Source: Emiliania huxleyi CCMP1516 (taxonomy: Eukaryota). From it: 64,000 nucleotides of DNA. Where the stretch lies: positions 310,001 to 374,000 of the forward strand of contig NW_005201732.1 of NCBI RefSeq assembly GCF_000372725.1. Direction: 5' to 3'. Position 1 is the first letter of the stretch. Each line of letters starts with the position of its first letter. The notes under the pieces were generated by a model. That model saw only the letters and a program-made list of their open reading frames with translations, was not told the origin of the DNA and searched no databases. A program made the position numbers and the translations under genes. Positions 25,189 through 38,000 of the stretch are shown piece after piece.

Positions 25189-26772
25189 ATATACATTAAG
25201 TGAGAGACAGGCACGAAGCGGAGAGAAAGGCGGCGAGAGCTGGCGCGGGTGAAGAGGAAACAAAAATAACGCACGGGCCCACAGCGGAGCTGGGAAGAGG
25301 ACCGCCGCAAGCGGCGTGGCGTGGAGCGGTTGTGCATCCCTCCGGGGGCCCCTCTGCGCCGGGGAGGCGTTGTTGGAGGCTAGGACGCAAGCGTCCGTCG
25401 CCCTTTTCAAACTCGGGGCCCACTCCGCTACGCTCCGACCCGAATTTGGAGGGCCTGAAAGTTTAAGGTGTTGCTGCGCAAAAGGGGTCGGACGCAGGGC
25501 GCAGCTCATGCTAAGAGCTAGAAGAGGAGATAGAGAGAACAACCACCCTGTCCCGTTATTGCGTACACCAACACCACAAAACGCTCTCTCTCTCTCCTGT
25601 CCTCACTCAGGGGGGTCACAACTACCAAGTCCCTCGACTAGCTGCCACAGGGCGCAGCTGCCACAGGGCGCAGCTGGAGACGCTCTCCCTCAATCGGCAT
25701 CCACCCCCACCCGCTCCAGCCCCACTTCTGCTGCCGAGAGAGCTGAATCGAAGCAAGCGAGCCATTGCATCTTGGCGTGCTCCTGGAGCGCGGCTTTCTG
25801 CTTGGCGGCCACGAGCACGGCGGAGTCGGCGTCGTAGCGCGCATCGTTCCCGCTCATCGCCCATTCCTCCCACGTGACGTGTGTCGGCCGCGATTCGATA
25901 TCGCCACCTTCATCGCCAACGAGGACTCCCTCGACTGCAGGGGGCTCCGGCACGGGGAGGGACTCCGCCTGCTGCGCTGGCCGACCGCGCCCTCCTCCTC
26001 CATGGGCTCGATCCGAATCCGCAGCGTGTCGTCCCCAGCGGCGGTGTTCTCGCGGGAGGCGGCCGCGGGCACGCTGGGCTCGATCAGCGGCTTTCCCTCA
26101 GTTGCTCCGAAAGCACGGATTTGGCGGCGTTCTTGGCTTCAATTTTACGAATGTCTTGGCACCAGCTGAAGGCTTGCATCCGACATCACGCAGTTCGTGC
26201 ACGGTATTCGGATTTTGCTATTTGTTCGTGTGGGGGTATATTGCAGATTTGTCAATGGTACCGCGTCTGCGACGCGGGCGCCTTGCGAGCAGAGCCCTTA
26301 GGACACCCTTTATATCTTGCGCGGTCAAAATTGATACCTCTTCTTTTGGCACCTCCTGATATAATGCTGAGCGGGGCGGAGGCATGTGGGTGGTGGAGGC
26401 GGCGGCGGACGACGTCTACTACCTGGCCGCCCCCTGTGGTAGCTTAGCGATCAGGGAGGATCTACCTGTTCGGCCTCGAGGGAGCTGCTTGGGGAGAGAG
26501 GGGGGGGGGAGAGGAGAGGAGGAGACACTATGTGTCGCCGTTATCGGGGCACGCTATCCTGTGCAGTCAGGGCAAGTGGGGGCGGGGGGCACTCCCATCT
26601 CTCCTGTGTACGGGTGGTGACTGTCCCTAGTCTCGGAGGGGGGCTTGAAGGTAAGAATATTTTATTTTGTGAGAGAGGCTTGTATCTAGATCTCCGAAGA
26701 ATTCTTTGCGGCCCAGCCGCCAAAGTGAATGCCTACCGGCTGCCCAGCCGCCCCGCCGCAGCGCTAATCGCC

Positions 26773-28562
26773 ATGCCGATCCGCCGCATCTCCCCGGAGC
26801 TGATCGACGAGGTGTGCGGCTCGGTCACTCCCACATTGTCGGTGCTGAACCTGTCGCACAACGAGATTGCGACCGTCGAGAACCTGGACCGGCTCGCAGC
26901 GCTCACGCGCCTCGACCTCAGCCACAACCGCATCACGCGTCTCACCGGCCTCGAGAGCCTCAGCCGGCTGTCGTTTCTCTCGCTCACGTCCAACCGGCTC
27001 CGCGCCGTCACGGGCCTCGAGCACCTCCGACTCCTCGAGGTGCTGCTCCTCGGCGACAACCAGCTCGGCTCCGTTGCGTGCCTGCGCGCCCTCTCGTGGC
27101 TGCCAGAGCTGCGCACGCTCACGCTCGCAGGCAGTCCGCCCCCCGCTCTCCCAAGACCCACGCCTCGCACACCCACACGCACCGGCCACAGGCTCCCCAC
27201 GCCTCGCGCAGGCAACCCGCTCGCCGACGCCTCATCACACACCGCCTTCGTCGCGAGCCTCCTGCCGCGCCTCACGCTGCTCGACGGCGAGCCGCTGCGA
27301 GGGCGAGAGAGCCCGCCGCCCGGCGCCCTCGCGGTGCGCGCCTCGCCGGCTGAGGCGGAGCTGCAGGCCGATCGCCCTCGCCCGGCTGAGCCAGCTGCGG
27401 GGGAGGAGGAGGAGGAGGAGGAGGAGGAGGAGGAGGAGGAGGAGGAGGAGGAGGAGGAGGCTGCCGAGGAGGCTCGCCGGCAGCCTCGGGCGCTGCAGCT
27501 GGCGCTGCCTCCGCTGACAGACCTCGCCTCTCTCCTCCCCCCCTCCTCCTGCCCGCCTCGCCTCGACTGCGGCTTGGCGGCGGTGCTGCCCTCGTGGCCG
27601 CCGCTGCCGCTGCCGGCAAGAGACCGACGCGGAGGCATCACTCTTCCCAGAGGGCGAGGCGGGTCACTCTGGCGGCGGGGGGCGCTGTAGGCGCCGCCGC
27701 CGGCCGCCTCGCCGCCCGGCCGGCCGACCGAATGCGCCTCCCTCCGCAGCTCACGCGAGCAGTCGCTCTTGCGTCCTGACTCGCCCCGTGTTGAGCCACC
27801 AGGCGCGAGACTTGTCGAGCCGTCCAGGAGGCTGCTCGCTGCTCGTACTCTGCTCGGAGCCGCCCCCTGTAGGCGCCAGCTGGCCGAGCCCGCCGCTCGA
27901 CACCCGGCGGGGAGGCCACGCCGCGAGGCGCGGCTGCTCGTGCGACTCCGACGCTCCGTCCGCCGGGGGCACCTCTCTCGGAGAGAGCACCCCTCTCGGA
28001 GAGAGCACCCCGGGAGAGAGCACCTCGGGAGAGAGCACCCCGGGAGAGTGTGGCCACAGCCTCTACCACAACCTCTCTCCGCCGCGTGCGAGTCCGCCGG
28101 CACCGGCGCCGCCCCCGAGTCCGCCGGCGTTGGCGCCGCCCTCCCCGCCCGCTCCTCCGCCCGCGTGGCGAGATCCCCCGCGTGCCTCCGCCGCGCTGCT
28201 CTCTCCTCCGCTGAGTGGCAAGCCGCGCCCTCCGTCGCCTCCGTCGCCTCGGCCGACGCACGCGGCGCGGGTCTCTCGCTTGCACGCGCAAGCTGCGCCC
28301 TCGTGGCGCGAGCTGTGAGCGCTTCGCCCCGTCCTGTCTCAGGCGCACGTGGAGGAGGAGCTCCTGCTCTCGCGCAAGCAGCTGGCGCAGGCGCGGGCAG
28401 AGGCCGATGCGGCGAGGGCGGACGCGGATGCCGCGCTCGCCGAGGCCAAGGCGGCGAAGGAGGAGCGGGCGTCGGCGCGCGAGCTGCCCCGAGCGTGCGC
28501 CTCTGCGAGCGCTTCCCCGCCACCAGCCCGTGGCCTCGCTGCCGACCGACCCGTGCCTTGTT

Positions 28563-28612
<50 letters not shown>

Positions 28613-30815
28613 GCGTGTGGCGGCGAGTGCGAGTCGTTGCGGCTGGAGAAGGAGCTGCTCGAGATGCGGCTCGATGCGATGGGGCAGCTGCTGCAGCTGC
28701 AGGACGAGGCGATGGGCCTCGGCGGGGCGGACGGCGCCGCCGAAGCGGGCGGCGAGGTCGTCGACCAAGGCGGGGAGGAGGAGGAGGGGGAGGGCGACGC
28801 ACTAGCCGCCTCCTCGCTGCGGGCTTTGGCTGCGGGCTGGCGCGAGAAGGCGCGAGGGCGGGTGGCGCTCTCTCCCCCCCCGCCCGACCGCCACACTGCC
28901 AAGCCGCTCCCCTCCCTCCCCCTCCCTCCCCCTCCCCCCCCCCCCCCTCCTCCCCTCCCTCCCCGGTAGGCGCACGAGCAGCTGCTTCGCGCCCAGCGCG
29001 AGGGCCACTCGCGCAGGCGAGCCGTCGCGTACCTCGAGGGAGAGCTTCGCGAGGCGCTCGAGGAGAACGCACGCTTGCGCCGCGAGGCGGTCGAGGCCGA
29101 GGCGCGCTGTGAACGGCGTCTCTCCAGGGCGGGGCTGTGAACAGCGTCTCTTCACACCTGCTGCTGTGAGTAGGCGCGCGTCGCCCTCTCCAAGGCGGAG
29201 CTGGCCGCGGAGGCGGCGGCCAGGCGCGCGTCCGGGTGCGATGTCACGAGGTGTGAACAGCGTCTCTTCACGCGTGTCGCGGAGAACAGGCGTGCGGCAG
29301 AGTCCGAGGCGGCAAAGGTGAGCGGCGCGCACGCGGCCGCCTGCAGCGCCCTCGCCGAGCGGCAGAGCGAGGCGGGCGAGCTGCGCGGCGTGGCGGCGTC
29401 CCTCTGCCGCTCGCTGCGCGACGAGCTGCCCGCGGTCGTGGAGGCCGCGGCGGCGCGGCTCGCCGGCGCAGAGGGCCGCCTCGTGCCCCTCGAGGAGCGG
29501 CTCGAGTTTGCCTGCGGCCGGCTCGCCGCTCTGCCGGCCCTGCTGGCCGCCGCCAAGAGGACGGCCTCGCCCGTGCCTTCGCCGCCCTGCCCCGCCGCCG
29601 GTGCGTCGTGTGCGGAGGGGCCGCCGTCCGCGCCCCCCGCTTCGCCGCCCTCCGCCTCGCCATCCCCCGCCTCGCCGCCCTCCGCCTCGCCATCCCCCGC
29701 TTCGCCGCCCTCCGCCTCGCCGCCCTCCGCCTCGCCACACCTCGCCGCCGAGGTGGAGCGGCTCGCGGCGGAGCGGCGGGCGCTGCTGCGGCGGCTCGAG
29801 CGGCTCGGCGAGGAGGAGGAGGCGCGGGCCCGCGGCGTGCGCGGCGAGGCGGAGGCGCGCGTGATCGCCGCGCGCGGCGAGGCGGAGGCGGCGCTGGCGG
29901 AGGCGGAGGGGGCGCGGGAGGCGGCGGCGAGGCTGCAGCGAAGCGCCGAGGAGAGCGAGGCGCGGGCGGCGGCCGCCGAGGCGGCGGCGGCGGCGCATAC
30001 GGCCGAGGCGCGGCGAGAGGCGGCGGAGGAGCGGTCGCGCGCCGAGGCGTGCCGCACGACGATGACGGAGGCGGTGGGCAGCTTGCAGGCGGAGCTGAGC
30101 AGCGCACGGCAGGCGGTGCAGCGGCTGGAGCGGCGAGCGGCGCGGGGCGCTGCCGAGGCGGAGGCGACGCAGGAGGCGCTGCTCGCGCGGCTGGCAGAGG
30201 CGGAGAGCAGGCACGACAGCGAGCGCGCTCTCGCTCGCGGGGCGGCGGAGGCGTCTGCCCAACAGGCGGCGCGGCGGGCGGAGGAGGCTGCGGCAGACGC
30301 GGCGAGGGAGGCGAGGTGCGCGCTCGAGGCGGAGGCCGCGCGGCTGCGGAGGGAGGCCGCGGCGGCGGAGCTCACGCACCGGTCGCTCGAGCGCGAGCTC
30401 TCGCGAGTGAAGGTGGGCGCCGCACTTGCTCCCGTGGCACGGCCGCCCCTCCCGACACCCCCTGGAGCTCGCCGCCACGCAGGCGCAGGCGGAAGAGGCT
30501 GCCCGCGCCCAGTCGGAGCTCCACGAGGGCAAGATCCGCTCGCGCGACGCGCAGCTCGCGACGGCGCGGCGCGAGCGCAACGCGCTGCTCGCGGCGCTGC
30601 GGACGGAGCAGCGCGCCAACGCCGCCAGCGCTGCCGCAGCAGAGGCACCAGCCGCACCGGCGACGCCCCAGCCGAGGCAGGCGGGTGGGAGGGCGGCGCC
30701 CACCACCGGGGCCGACGATTGTGGCGAGCGAAGCCGCCGCGGGCTCCTGTCCGCCGCCAAACTGGACGAGCTGCGCGCCCTCACCAGCAACTTGATGGCG
30801 ACGGAGGCAGTGTGA
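26773..30815 (+). CDS. SDS22-type leucine-rich-repeat protein with long coiled-coil C-terminus, multi-exon
   Basis: About 5 LRRs (LNLSHNEI, LDLSHNRI, LSLTSNRL, LLLGDNQL, LTLAGNPL); cap LPRLTLLDG; poly-Glu; A/E/R-rich heptads. Confidence 0.8.
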
Positions 30816-31245
30816 CGTGAGTGGGCCAGTGAGGAGCTTGTGAGTTTTGTGTTGGTGAGCGTTGTCTCCTGTGAAGCTGTGTAGAGGTGCGTGTACACGA
30901 CCAGTACACTACCTCAGTCGCCAACACCGAACACGCACGACACTCGGTAAAGGGTGTGTGGATGCTGGGTTGACGGAAATCGAGGGGGACGCGAGCGCTT
31001 TCGGTGGCATGCAGCTCTTTGCGCCTGAAGCCTGGAGAGCAGCTCCTCTGCTGCTCACACACTCTGCACAGTTGACACAGCCTGCTGTGCGGCTGCCACA
31101 GCTGTGGCAGCCATGGGCTCGCCCTCACTGGCCCTCAGTCACTTGTGCTGCGGCTTGTGTGAGCGACACTGCTCGGCGACTGCCGGCACACTGTGAGACC
31201 TTGGGTGTGAGGTTAAACCACGCCACCAGCGCTTGGTCTCACATC

Positions 31246-32100
31246 GGGGGGGGTCTGACCCCCCCAGCAGCAGAGCGCTGCTGCTGGGGGGGGGGGGGGG
31301 GGTCCTGAGCGCTGCTGCTGGGGGGGGGGGCCCCACCCCCCCAGGAGAAAAAGGCAAGGACCCAGTTTTTTTTGGCGGCGGCCCCCCTTTAACCTTGGGT
31401 TGTGTTTGAACCTACCCTCGAGGCGGGTGTGTTCACCGCGCCTTCTAGCCCCGTTGGGAAANNNNNNNNNNNNNNNNNNNNNNNNNNNNNNNNNNNNNNN
31501 NNNNNNNNNNNNNNNNNNNNNNNNNNNNNNNNNNNNNNNNNNNNNNNNNNNNNNNNNNNNNTAAGAAAAAAAAAAAAACCACCCTATTCCACGGGGGAAA
31601 AAATAAGTGGCACAAAAAAAAATGGATTCCACCGGGGGGCCCCATATAACAACCGGGTTAAAGGGCGCGGGAAAAAAACCCCTCGGGGTACGCTAAACCC
31701 GACCCAAGGTTAAAGGGGGGCCCCCGCAAAGGAACCCGGGTCCTGCGCTCTGCTGCTGGGGGGGTCCCGACCCCCCCAGCAGCAGAGCGCACGGACCCAG
31801 CTCTCTTCGCCGCCGCCCCCCCTCCACCCTCGGCTCGTGTTTGAGCGTACGCTCGAGGCGGTTGTGTTCACCGCGCCTTCGAGCCCGGTTGGCAGTAGGA
31901 GGACCCGCCGGTGAGACCACTGATTTTGGTGCCGACCATAAATTCTCACCACTGGAACACATGTGGACATGTACTTTACAGCTACAGCTGCTGTCTGTAC
32001 AGAGATGCCAGCACCCCCCACTGCCACAGGCAGAGCGCTCCTGCTGGGGGGCGGGGGTCCGGACCCCCCCAGCAGCAGAGCGCTGCTGCTGGGGGGGGAG
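31246..32100. repeat. Repeat region with near-palindromic motif ccccccagcagcagagcgctgctgctgggggg; spans an N-gap
   Basis: Motif near 31260 and 32064; partial copies near 31310, 31750 and 31775. Confidence 0.75.
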
Positions 32101-32255
32101 GTCGTCAGTACTGCTACGCATATGTAATCGCCCAGAATGCACAGATCGGCCATGTTATGTAAATACGCGCCCGCGATCCATAGTGCGTCGGCCAGACGTC
32201 GCGTATTTCGGTGTCGTGCCCGATCGGGGTGTGCCTCTCAAGGCGCGCTACGCCC

Positions 32256-33150
32256 CACGTACTACGCACACGCATTCCGGATTCGAGTGAGAAGTGGCGG
32301 CCGACGGGGGTTACGCCTCACGCATTACGCATACGTTTTACGCATTCGCACGCCCAAGGTGTCAGAGAGGGCCTACGCACCACGTACTACGCACACGCAT
32401 TCCGGATTCGAGTGAGAAGTGGCGGCCGACGGGGGTTACGCCTCACGCATTACGCATACGTTTTACGCATTCGCACGCCCAAGGTGTCGGAGAGGGCCTC
32501 CGCACCACGTACTACGCACACGCATTCCGGATTCGAGTGAGAAGTGGCGGCCGGCGGGGGTTACGCCTCACGCATTACGCATACGTTTTACGCATTCGCA
32601 CGCCCAAGGTGTCGGAGAGGGCCTCCGCACCACGTACTACGCACACGCATTCCGGATTCGAGTGAGAAGTGGTGGCCGACGGGGGTTACGCCTCACGTAT
32701 TACGCATACGTTTTACGCATTCGCACGCCCAAGGTGTCGGAGAGGGCCTCCGCACCACGTACTACGCACACGCATTCCGGATTCGAGTGAGAAGTGGTGG
32801 CTGACGGGGGTTACGCCTCACGTATTACGCATACGTTTTACGCATTCGCACGCCCAAGGTGTCCGAGAGGGCCTCCGCACCACGTACTACGCACACGCAT
32901 TCCGGATTCGAGTGAGAAGTGGTGGCTGACGGGGGTTACGCCTCACGTATTACGCATACGTTTTACGCATTCGCACGCCCAAGGTGTCGGAGAGGGCCTC
33001 CGCACCACGTACTACGCACACGCATTCCGGATTCGAGTGAGAAGTGGCGGCCGACGGGGGTTACGCCTCACGCATTACGCATACGTATTACGCATTTGCA
33101 CGCCCAAGGTGTCGGAGAGGGCTTGCGCACCACGTATTACGCATACGTAT
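32256..33150. repeat. 125-bp tandem repeat, about 7 near-identical copies
   Basis: attcgagtgagaagtgg at 32281, 32406, 32531, 32656, 32781, 32906, 33031. Confidence 0.97.
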
Positions 33151-33164
33151 TACGCATCCCCCCC

Positions 33165-33480
33165 CCAACCCCCTTTATGTGCGCGCACTGGCGCTGCCGC
33201 TCGGGCTGCCATAAGTTGGCTGGGGTTGTATGTGCGCTGGTAACAACAGACTCGGGCATAGCCCTCGACAGCCACCCCCTAACCCCCCTCCCCCCCCCCC
33301 TTATGTGCGCGCACTGGCGCTGCCGCTCGGGCTGCCATAAGTTGGCTAGGGTTGTATGTGCGCTGGTAACAACAGACTCGGGCATAGCCCTCGACAGCCA
33401 CCCCCTAACCCCCCACCCACCCCCCTTTATGTGCGCGCACTGGCGCTGCCGCTCGGGCTGCCATAAGTTGGCGCTGCCGC
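33165..33480. repeat. 126-bp tandem repeat, about 2.4 copies
   Basis: ttatgtgcgcgcactggcgctgcc at 33175, 33301, 33427. Confidence 0.95.
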
Positions 33481-34154
33481 TAGGGCTGCTGCATAATCAT
33501 GAGCCTGTCTCCAAACACCTCTCCGACGCGCTCGACTATAGTCCAAATTGGACGGTGGACTATATGTCGATTGGCGGCCATTTGCTCAGGCGTCAAAATG
33601 CTGAGCTCGTACGCTGGCAGCTCCGCAGAGGTTGAGGACGGCGGTGGCGGCGCGGTGAGATCGCTGGTGTCCCTGCCCGCCTCCCTGCGGGCGTAGAAGA
33701 GCGCCGCCTCCTCGGCGGTGGCGAACCAGCCGAGGGTGACCTGCTTGCCGCCAATCATCACCTTCAGCTGGTACTTCTTGCTGCCTTGCTGCTTCGGGCG
33801 GCAGCAGACGCCTTTATAGCCGGTGTTGCTGCTGCTACTGGCGGTGAGGGTGAGGCCCTCCCTCTCCGCCTGCCGTATCGCCTCGGCGCCAGCGGGAGTG
33901 GGAGCGGGGCGAGGCTGCAGCAGCGTGGCGGCGTCGGCGCGGCCGTACTCTGACCGAGCGTAGGCGGTGGCCGCCTCTTCGACGGTGTCGAAGTAGCCGA
34001 GGTGGACACCCTTGCCGCCAGCATTCGCCTCCGCCTTGAACTTCTTGCTGCTGCGGCTGAAGGTCACGTTCTTGTAGCCAGTCGCACTGTCCTTGCGGAC
34101 GGCTGGGATCAGCGCGATGCGTTCTGTCGCTGCGGTCCGCGGCGGGGCCATCAT
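33480..34154 (-). CDS. Protein with two AP2-like DNA-binding domains, intronless
   Basis: TGYKNV...VHLGYFDTVEEAATAYAR and TGYKGV...VTLGWFATAEEAALFYARR. Confidence 0.85.
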   Translation of the reverse strand: MMAPPRTAATERIALIPAVRKDSATGYKNVTFSRSSKKFKAEANAGGKGVHLGYFDTVEEAATAYARSEYGRADAATLLQPRPAPTPAGAEAIRQAEREGLTLTASSSSNTGYKGVCCRPKQQGSKKYQLKVMIGGKQVTLGWFATAEEAALFYARREAGRDTSDLTAPPPPSSTSAELPAYELSILTPEQMAANRHIVHRPIWTIVERVGEVFGDRLMIMQQP

Positions 34155-35052
34155 GCAACGGACGCACGTAGATTCGCAAAACTTTGACAATTGGGATTCG
34201 TATTCGATTGAAACAAGGCTGGCGTGGCCTGAAATCATTTGCCAGGCAATCATCTGTTTTGGCGAGCACAAAAAGAAAAATACGTAATGCGTAATGCGTA
34301 TGCGTGATACGTAAGGGGGGGGGGGGGGCTTGGGGGCGCGCGCGGGCGAGATACATAATCCGTAAACGTGAGACGTGGTACGTAAGGCACCCGCCGCGCG
34401 GGCCATTGCACCGTCCCCCGGGCAAAGCTTTGCGGTGAAAAGGACGTATGCGTAATGCGGATACGTGATACGTCGAAGACGCCCCGCCCCCCCGCGGGCC
34501 GCGGCGCACCGGCGGAGATCCATAATCCGTATACGTGACACGTGGTACGTATGAGGCAACCACAGGGCCATCGCACCGTCACGCACGCGATGATTACGTG
34601 TATGTATTGACGTTTTCTATTTATTTTTGAAGGGGGAGGCGTTCGACGGGCTGCGTAATGCGACGCATTTGGACTGGCAAGTGACGTACACGCACCGAGT
34701 TTACGTATTCCCGAGAGGGCGTAATGTGATGCGTATGCATATGGGCCTCCGTGCATATGCGTAGCAGTACTGACGACGATTGGCTGGGGGGGGGGGTCGG
34801 CCATGGCTTTAGATGTGCAGGGGGGGACCGAGCCAGTGTGCGGCCGCTCAAATGGGGGACATGGTGTGTGTGGGCAATGTGCGGCCGCTCCATCACTAAC
34901 AACCAAACTCTCTGCACTCTGGTCTCTCTCAGTCTCTCACACACTCGAGAGAAGAACGAGACACCATAAAATAAACCGAGTTTTGCGCGCAAACAACAGA
35001 AGGTCCTGCACGCCCGCGGCGCGTCACGCGTGTTAAAGCCGTAGCGTCCGTC

Positions 35053-38000
35053 TCACACCTCGAGCTCAACCTCAAGCGGCATCTCTGCGAGCTGCATTTC
35101 GCCTCGCCTCGCCTTGCGGCGCGCTCCCCCGGCCCGCGCGCCCCTCTTGCTCGGCTGCTTGCCGAGGATGGCCTCGTTCTTGGCCCTCCGCGCGGCGTTC
35201 GCCTCGGCCTCGGTTCGGATGCCGCTCACGTCGAAGGTGTAGAGGAGCTTGTACAGGAGTACCTTGCAGACGTCTTGGATGAGGAACCACACCAGCGTGA
35301 AGGCCCACGTGAAGAGCACGTGCTCGAGGCCGAGGCCGATCAGCTGGCTGTCGGGCTCCTGCAGCGCGAGCGAGTCGGGATGCATGTTTGTGGCGACGAG
35401 CCCTCTCGAATCGAAAGGGACGAGAGCGTGGGATGCAATGGAGGGCGGGGGCAGAGTGCGCGTCTCATCTCTCGAGTGCAACGCCCGGGGAGACCTGCAC
35501 CCGGCGTCTAGGGGCTGGCTCCTGCGCGTCGAGATCTGCCCTCTCGTCGTACCGCTCGGCCGGGAAGGGCCACCTGACCGCGAGGCCGGTCGAGGCGAGG
35601 GTGGCGACCGAGGCGGCGGCGAAGACGATCTTGGAGGGGGCGCGCGTGAAGAAGAAGGACTGGGTGCGCGCGGCGAAGATCGTCCACCAGTCGCTCAGCG
35701 AGATCTTGAGGTACATCATGGCAACCACCTAACAATCAATGTCCCCCTCAACAGGCGCACGCACATAGGACCACCTGAGGGAGTGAGGAGCAGGGCTGGA
35801 GGAGGGAGAGGCGGCCATGAGGCAAGGAGGCGGCCCTGCGGGGAGGGAGGGGGGGGGGGGGGGGGGGGACCTTCCCGTACAAAAGCGACTCGCGCACGCC
35901 CATCCGGCGGATGGGCGAGCCCGGGTCCTCGGAGGAGAGGGCCCAGTGCAGCAGCAGCAGCGACGAGCCGCACGCGACGAGGCCGATCCAGCCCGCGACG
36001 AGGAAGAGGGCGGGGAGGTTCCAGCGCTCGGGGAGGGGCGAGGGGACGACGTGGTCGTACGCGATCGAGATGATGGTCGCGTCGTTGAGGATCACGATCA
36101 CCACGAGGGCGACCACGGGCAAGTTGAAGGTGGAGGGGATCGCGAGCCCGACCTGTGTGCGAGGGGACCTGTGTGCGCGCAGACGGCGGTGCGGGTGTGC
36201 GGGGTGCTTCCACAAGTGCGCTCGAGGGTCGCAGGGCCGGGAGAAGAGGGTGGGTGTGGGCACGAGCGGGCAAGCGGGCTGCAGCGGGACAAGCGGCCGG
36301 CAGGTGTGCGGCGGAGGGGGGGGTGCGGCAAGGTGCGCGGCGCTGGCGGGCCTCCGCGTCGCTCATGCGGAAGCCGTAGCTGCACTGGACGCCGCCGCAG
36401 GTGGTGGAGTCGTCGGTTCCGCTGCCAAAGTCGCCGATGTCGCTGTAGCTGCATTGGACGGCGCTGCAGGCGGAGTCGCCGCCGCCGGGTCCGCTGCCAA
36501 GGTCGGCGGTGGGGAGGGGGTAGACGTTAGGGTGGCCGGGCAGCAGCTGGTGCGCGGCGTCGTACTGCTGGGGGTGGAAGGCGAAGACGGCGACGAAGAA
36601 GAAGAGGAGCAGCTGGAAGGTGCACGCGACGCGGTAGATGACATAGTTCTTCATCCGCTGGAAGATGCAGCGCGCAATCACGATCGCGTCGACGATGACC
36701 GACAGGCCCGGCTCGGTGAGGACGAGGTCGGACGCCGCGCGCGCCGCGTCGGTCGCGCCCTCCACCGCGATGCCCACGTCGGCCTTCTTGAGGGCGGGCG
36801 CGTCGTTGACGCCGTCGCCAGTCATACCCACCGAGTGGCCGCGCTGGCGCAGCGCCTCGACGATGAGGAACTTGTGCTCGGGGAAGACCTGCGCGAACCC
36901 GTCGCTCTTTTCGATCATCGCGCCGTAGTCGCGGCCGAGCGTGCGTGGCACCTGCGGGAAGAGTCGCGGGCAGGTCAGTCACGGCACACGTTGTGCATGT
37001 TGGGCGCACCGCCACAGCCTCGCAAACACTGCACCCCTCTCCTCCCTCCCCTCTCTCCCCTCGGTGCGCCGAGGACCGTGTCTGGTGTTTGCGAGGCGAC
37101 TCGGAGGTGTGTGTCTGGGAGGCGTGCAGGGGTAAGCGGCACCTCCTCGCCCGGCAAGATGGTCGGCAGGCTGTCCGACGCGCCAATCTCGTCGCCCATG
37201 CCCAGGGCGCGCGCCGTCTCGCGCGCGATGGCACCGTGGTCGCCGGTAATCATTTTGACGACGACGCCCTGCTGCATCGCGCGCTCGATCGTCCGCTTCG
37301 TGTCTGGCCTCGGCGGGTCGAGGAAGGTGAGCATCCCGACCATCTCCATCCCGCACCCCTCGGGCCTCCTCGCGACGGCGAGCGCGCGGATGCCGCGCTG
37401 CGCCAGCTCCTCCACCTTCGCGGCGAAGACGGCGCCGATGGAGGAGCGGTTGGCTTCGTCGCACAGCCGGAGGACCACGTCGGGCGCCCCCTTGACGACG
37501 TCGAAGACGCCACCGTCTGGGCCGCGCAGCGTCGCCTCGGTGCGGCGCAGCTTCGGGTCGAACGGTGTGAAGTCGAGCTGCTCGTGCCTGTCGAGGCTCG
37601 CGGTGTCGAGGCACTCTGCCCCCAGGACGAGCGTGTCGAGCGCGTCCTTGGGAGGCTCCTTCCAGCGGGTGGCGAGGGCGGCGAGGGCGAGGATGGCCGC
37701 GTCGTCTGCGCCCTTTGCGTACGAGAGCACCTCCTGCAGCACCATCTTGTTGAGGGTGAGTGTTCCCGTCTTGTCGGAGCAGAGGACGGTCATTCCGGCG
37801 AGCTGCTCGATCGACGCGAGCCGCGCGACGATCGCCTTCTTCGCGGCGAGGAGGCGCGAGCCGAGTGCCATCGTCGCCGTGCAGACCACCTGCATCGCGA
37901 TCGGGATGGAGGTGTGAAGAGGAAGGTGTGAAGAGGAAGGTGTGAAGAGGAGGTGTGAAGAGACCACCTGCATCGCGATGGGGATGGAGGCGACGAGCAG

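Larger units (their letters stand above)
32101..34777. mobile_element. 2.7-kb TIR element with satellite subterminal arrays and an AP2-domain gene; no transposase
   Basis: Perfect 24-bp inverted repeats at 32101-32124 and 34754-34777. The left-arm motif cattacgcatacg recurs inverted in 34280-34740. No TSD found. Confidence 0.7.

Noticed and set aside
25638..26100. Small minus-strand gene
   Set aside because: Short ORFs in different frames with no convincing splice model or motif
26733..30898. Very long antisense and alternate-frame ORFs
   Set aside because: Arg/Ala/Pro-rich shadow ORFs expected at this GC content opposite a real gene
31240..31900. Duplication across the N-gap
   Set aside because: Homopolymer-rich degraded copies adjoining a gap; likely low-quality read ends
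32256..33150. CRISPR array or repeated small ORFs
   Set aside because: Whole 125-bp units are near-identical with no unique spacers; the ORFs are by-products of the satellite
33276..33412. Telomeric CCCTAA seeds in the 126-bp repeat
   Set aside because: Single hexamers within C-runs; expected by chance
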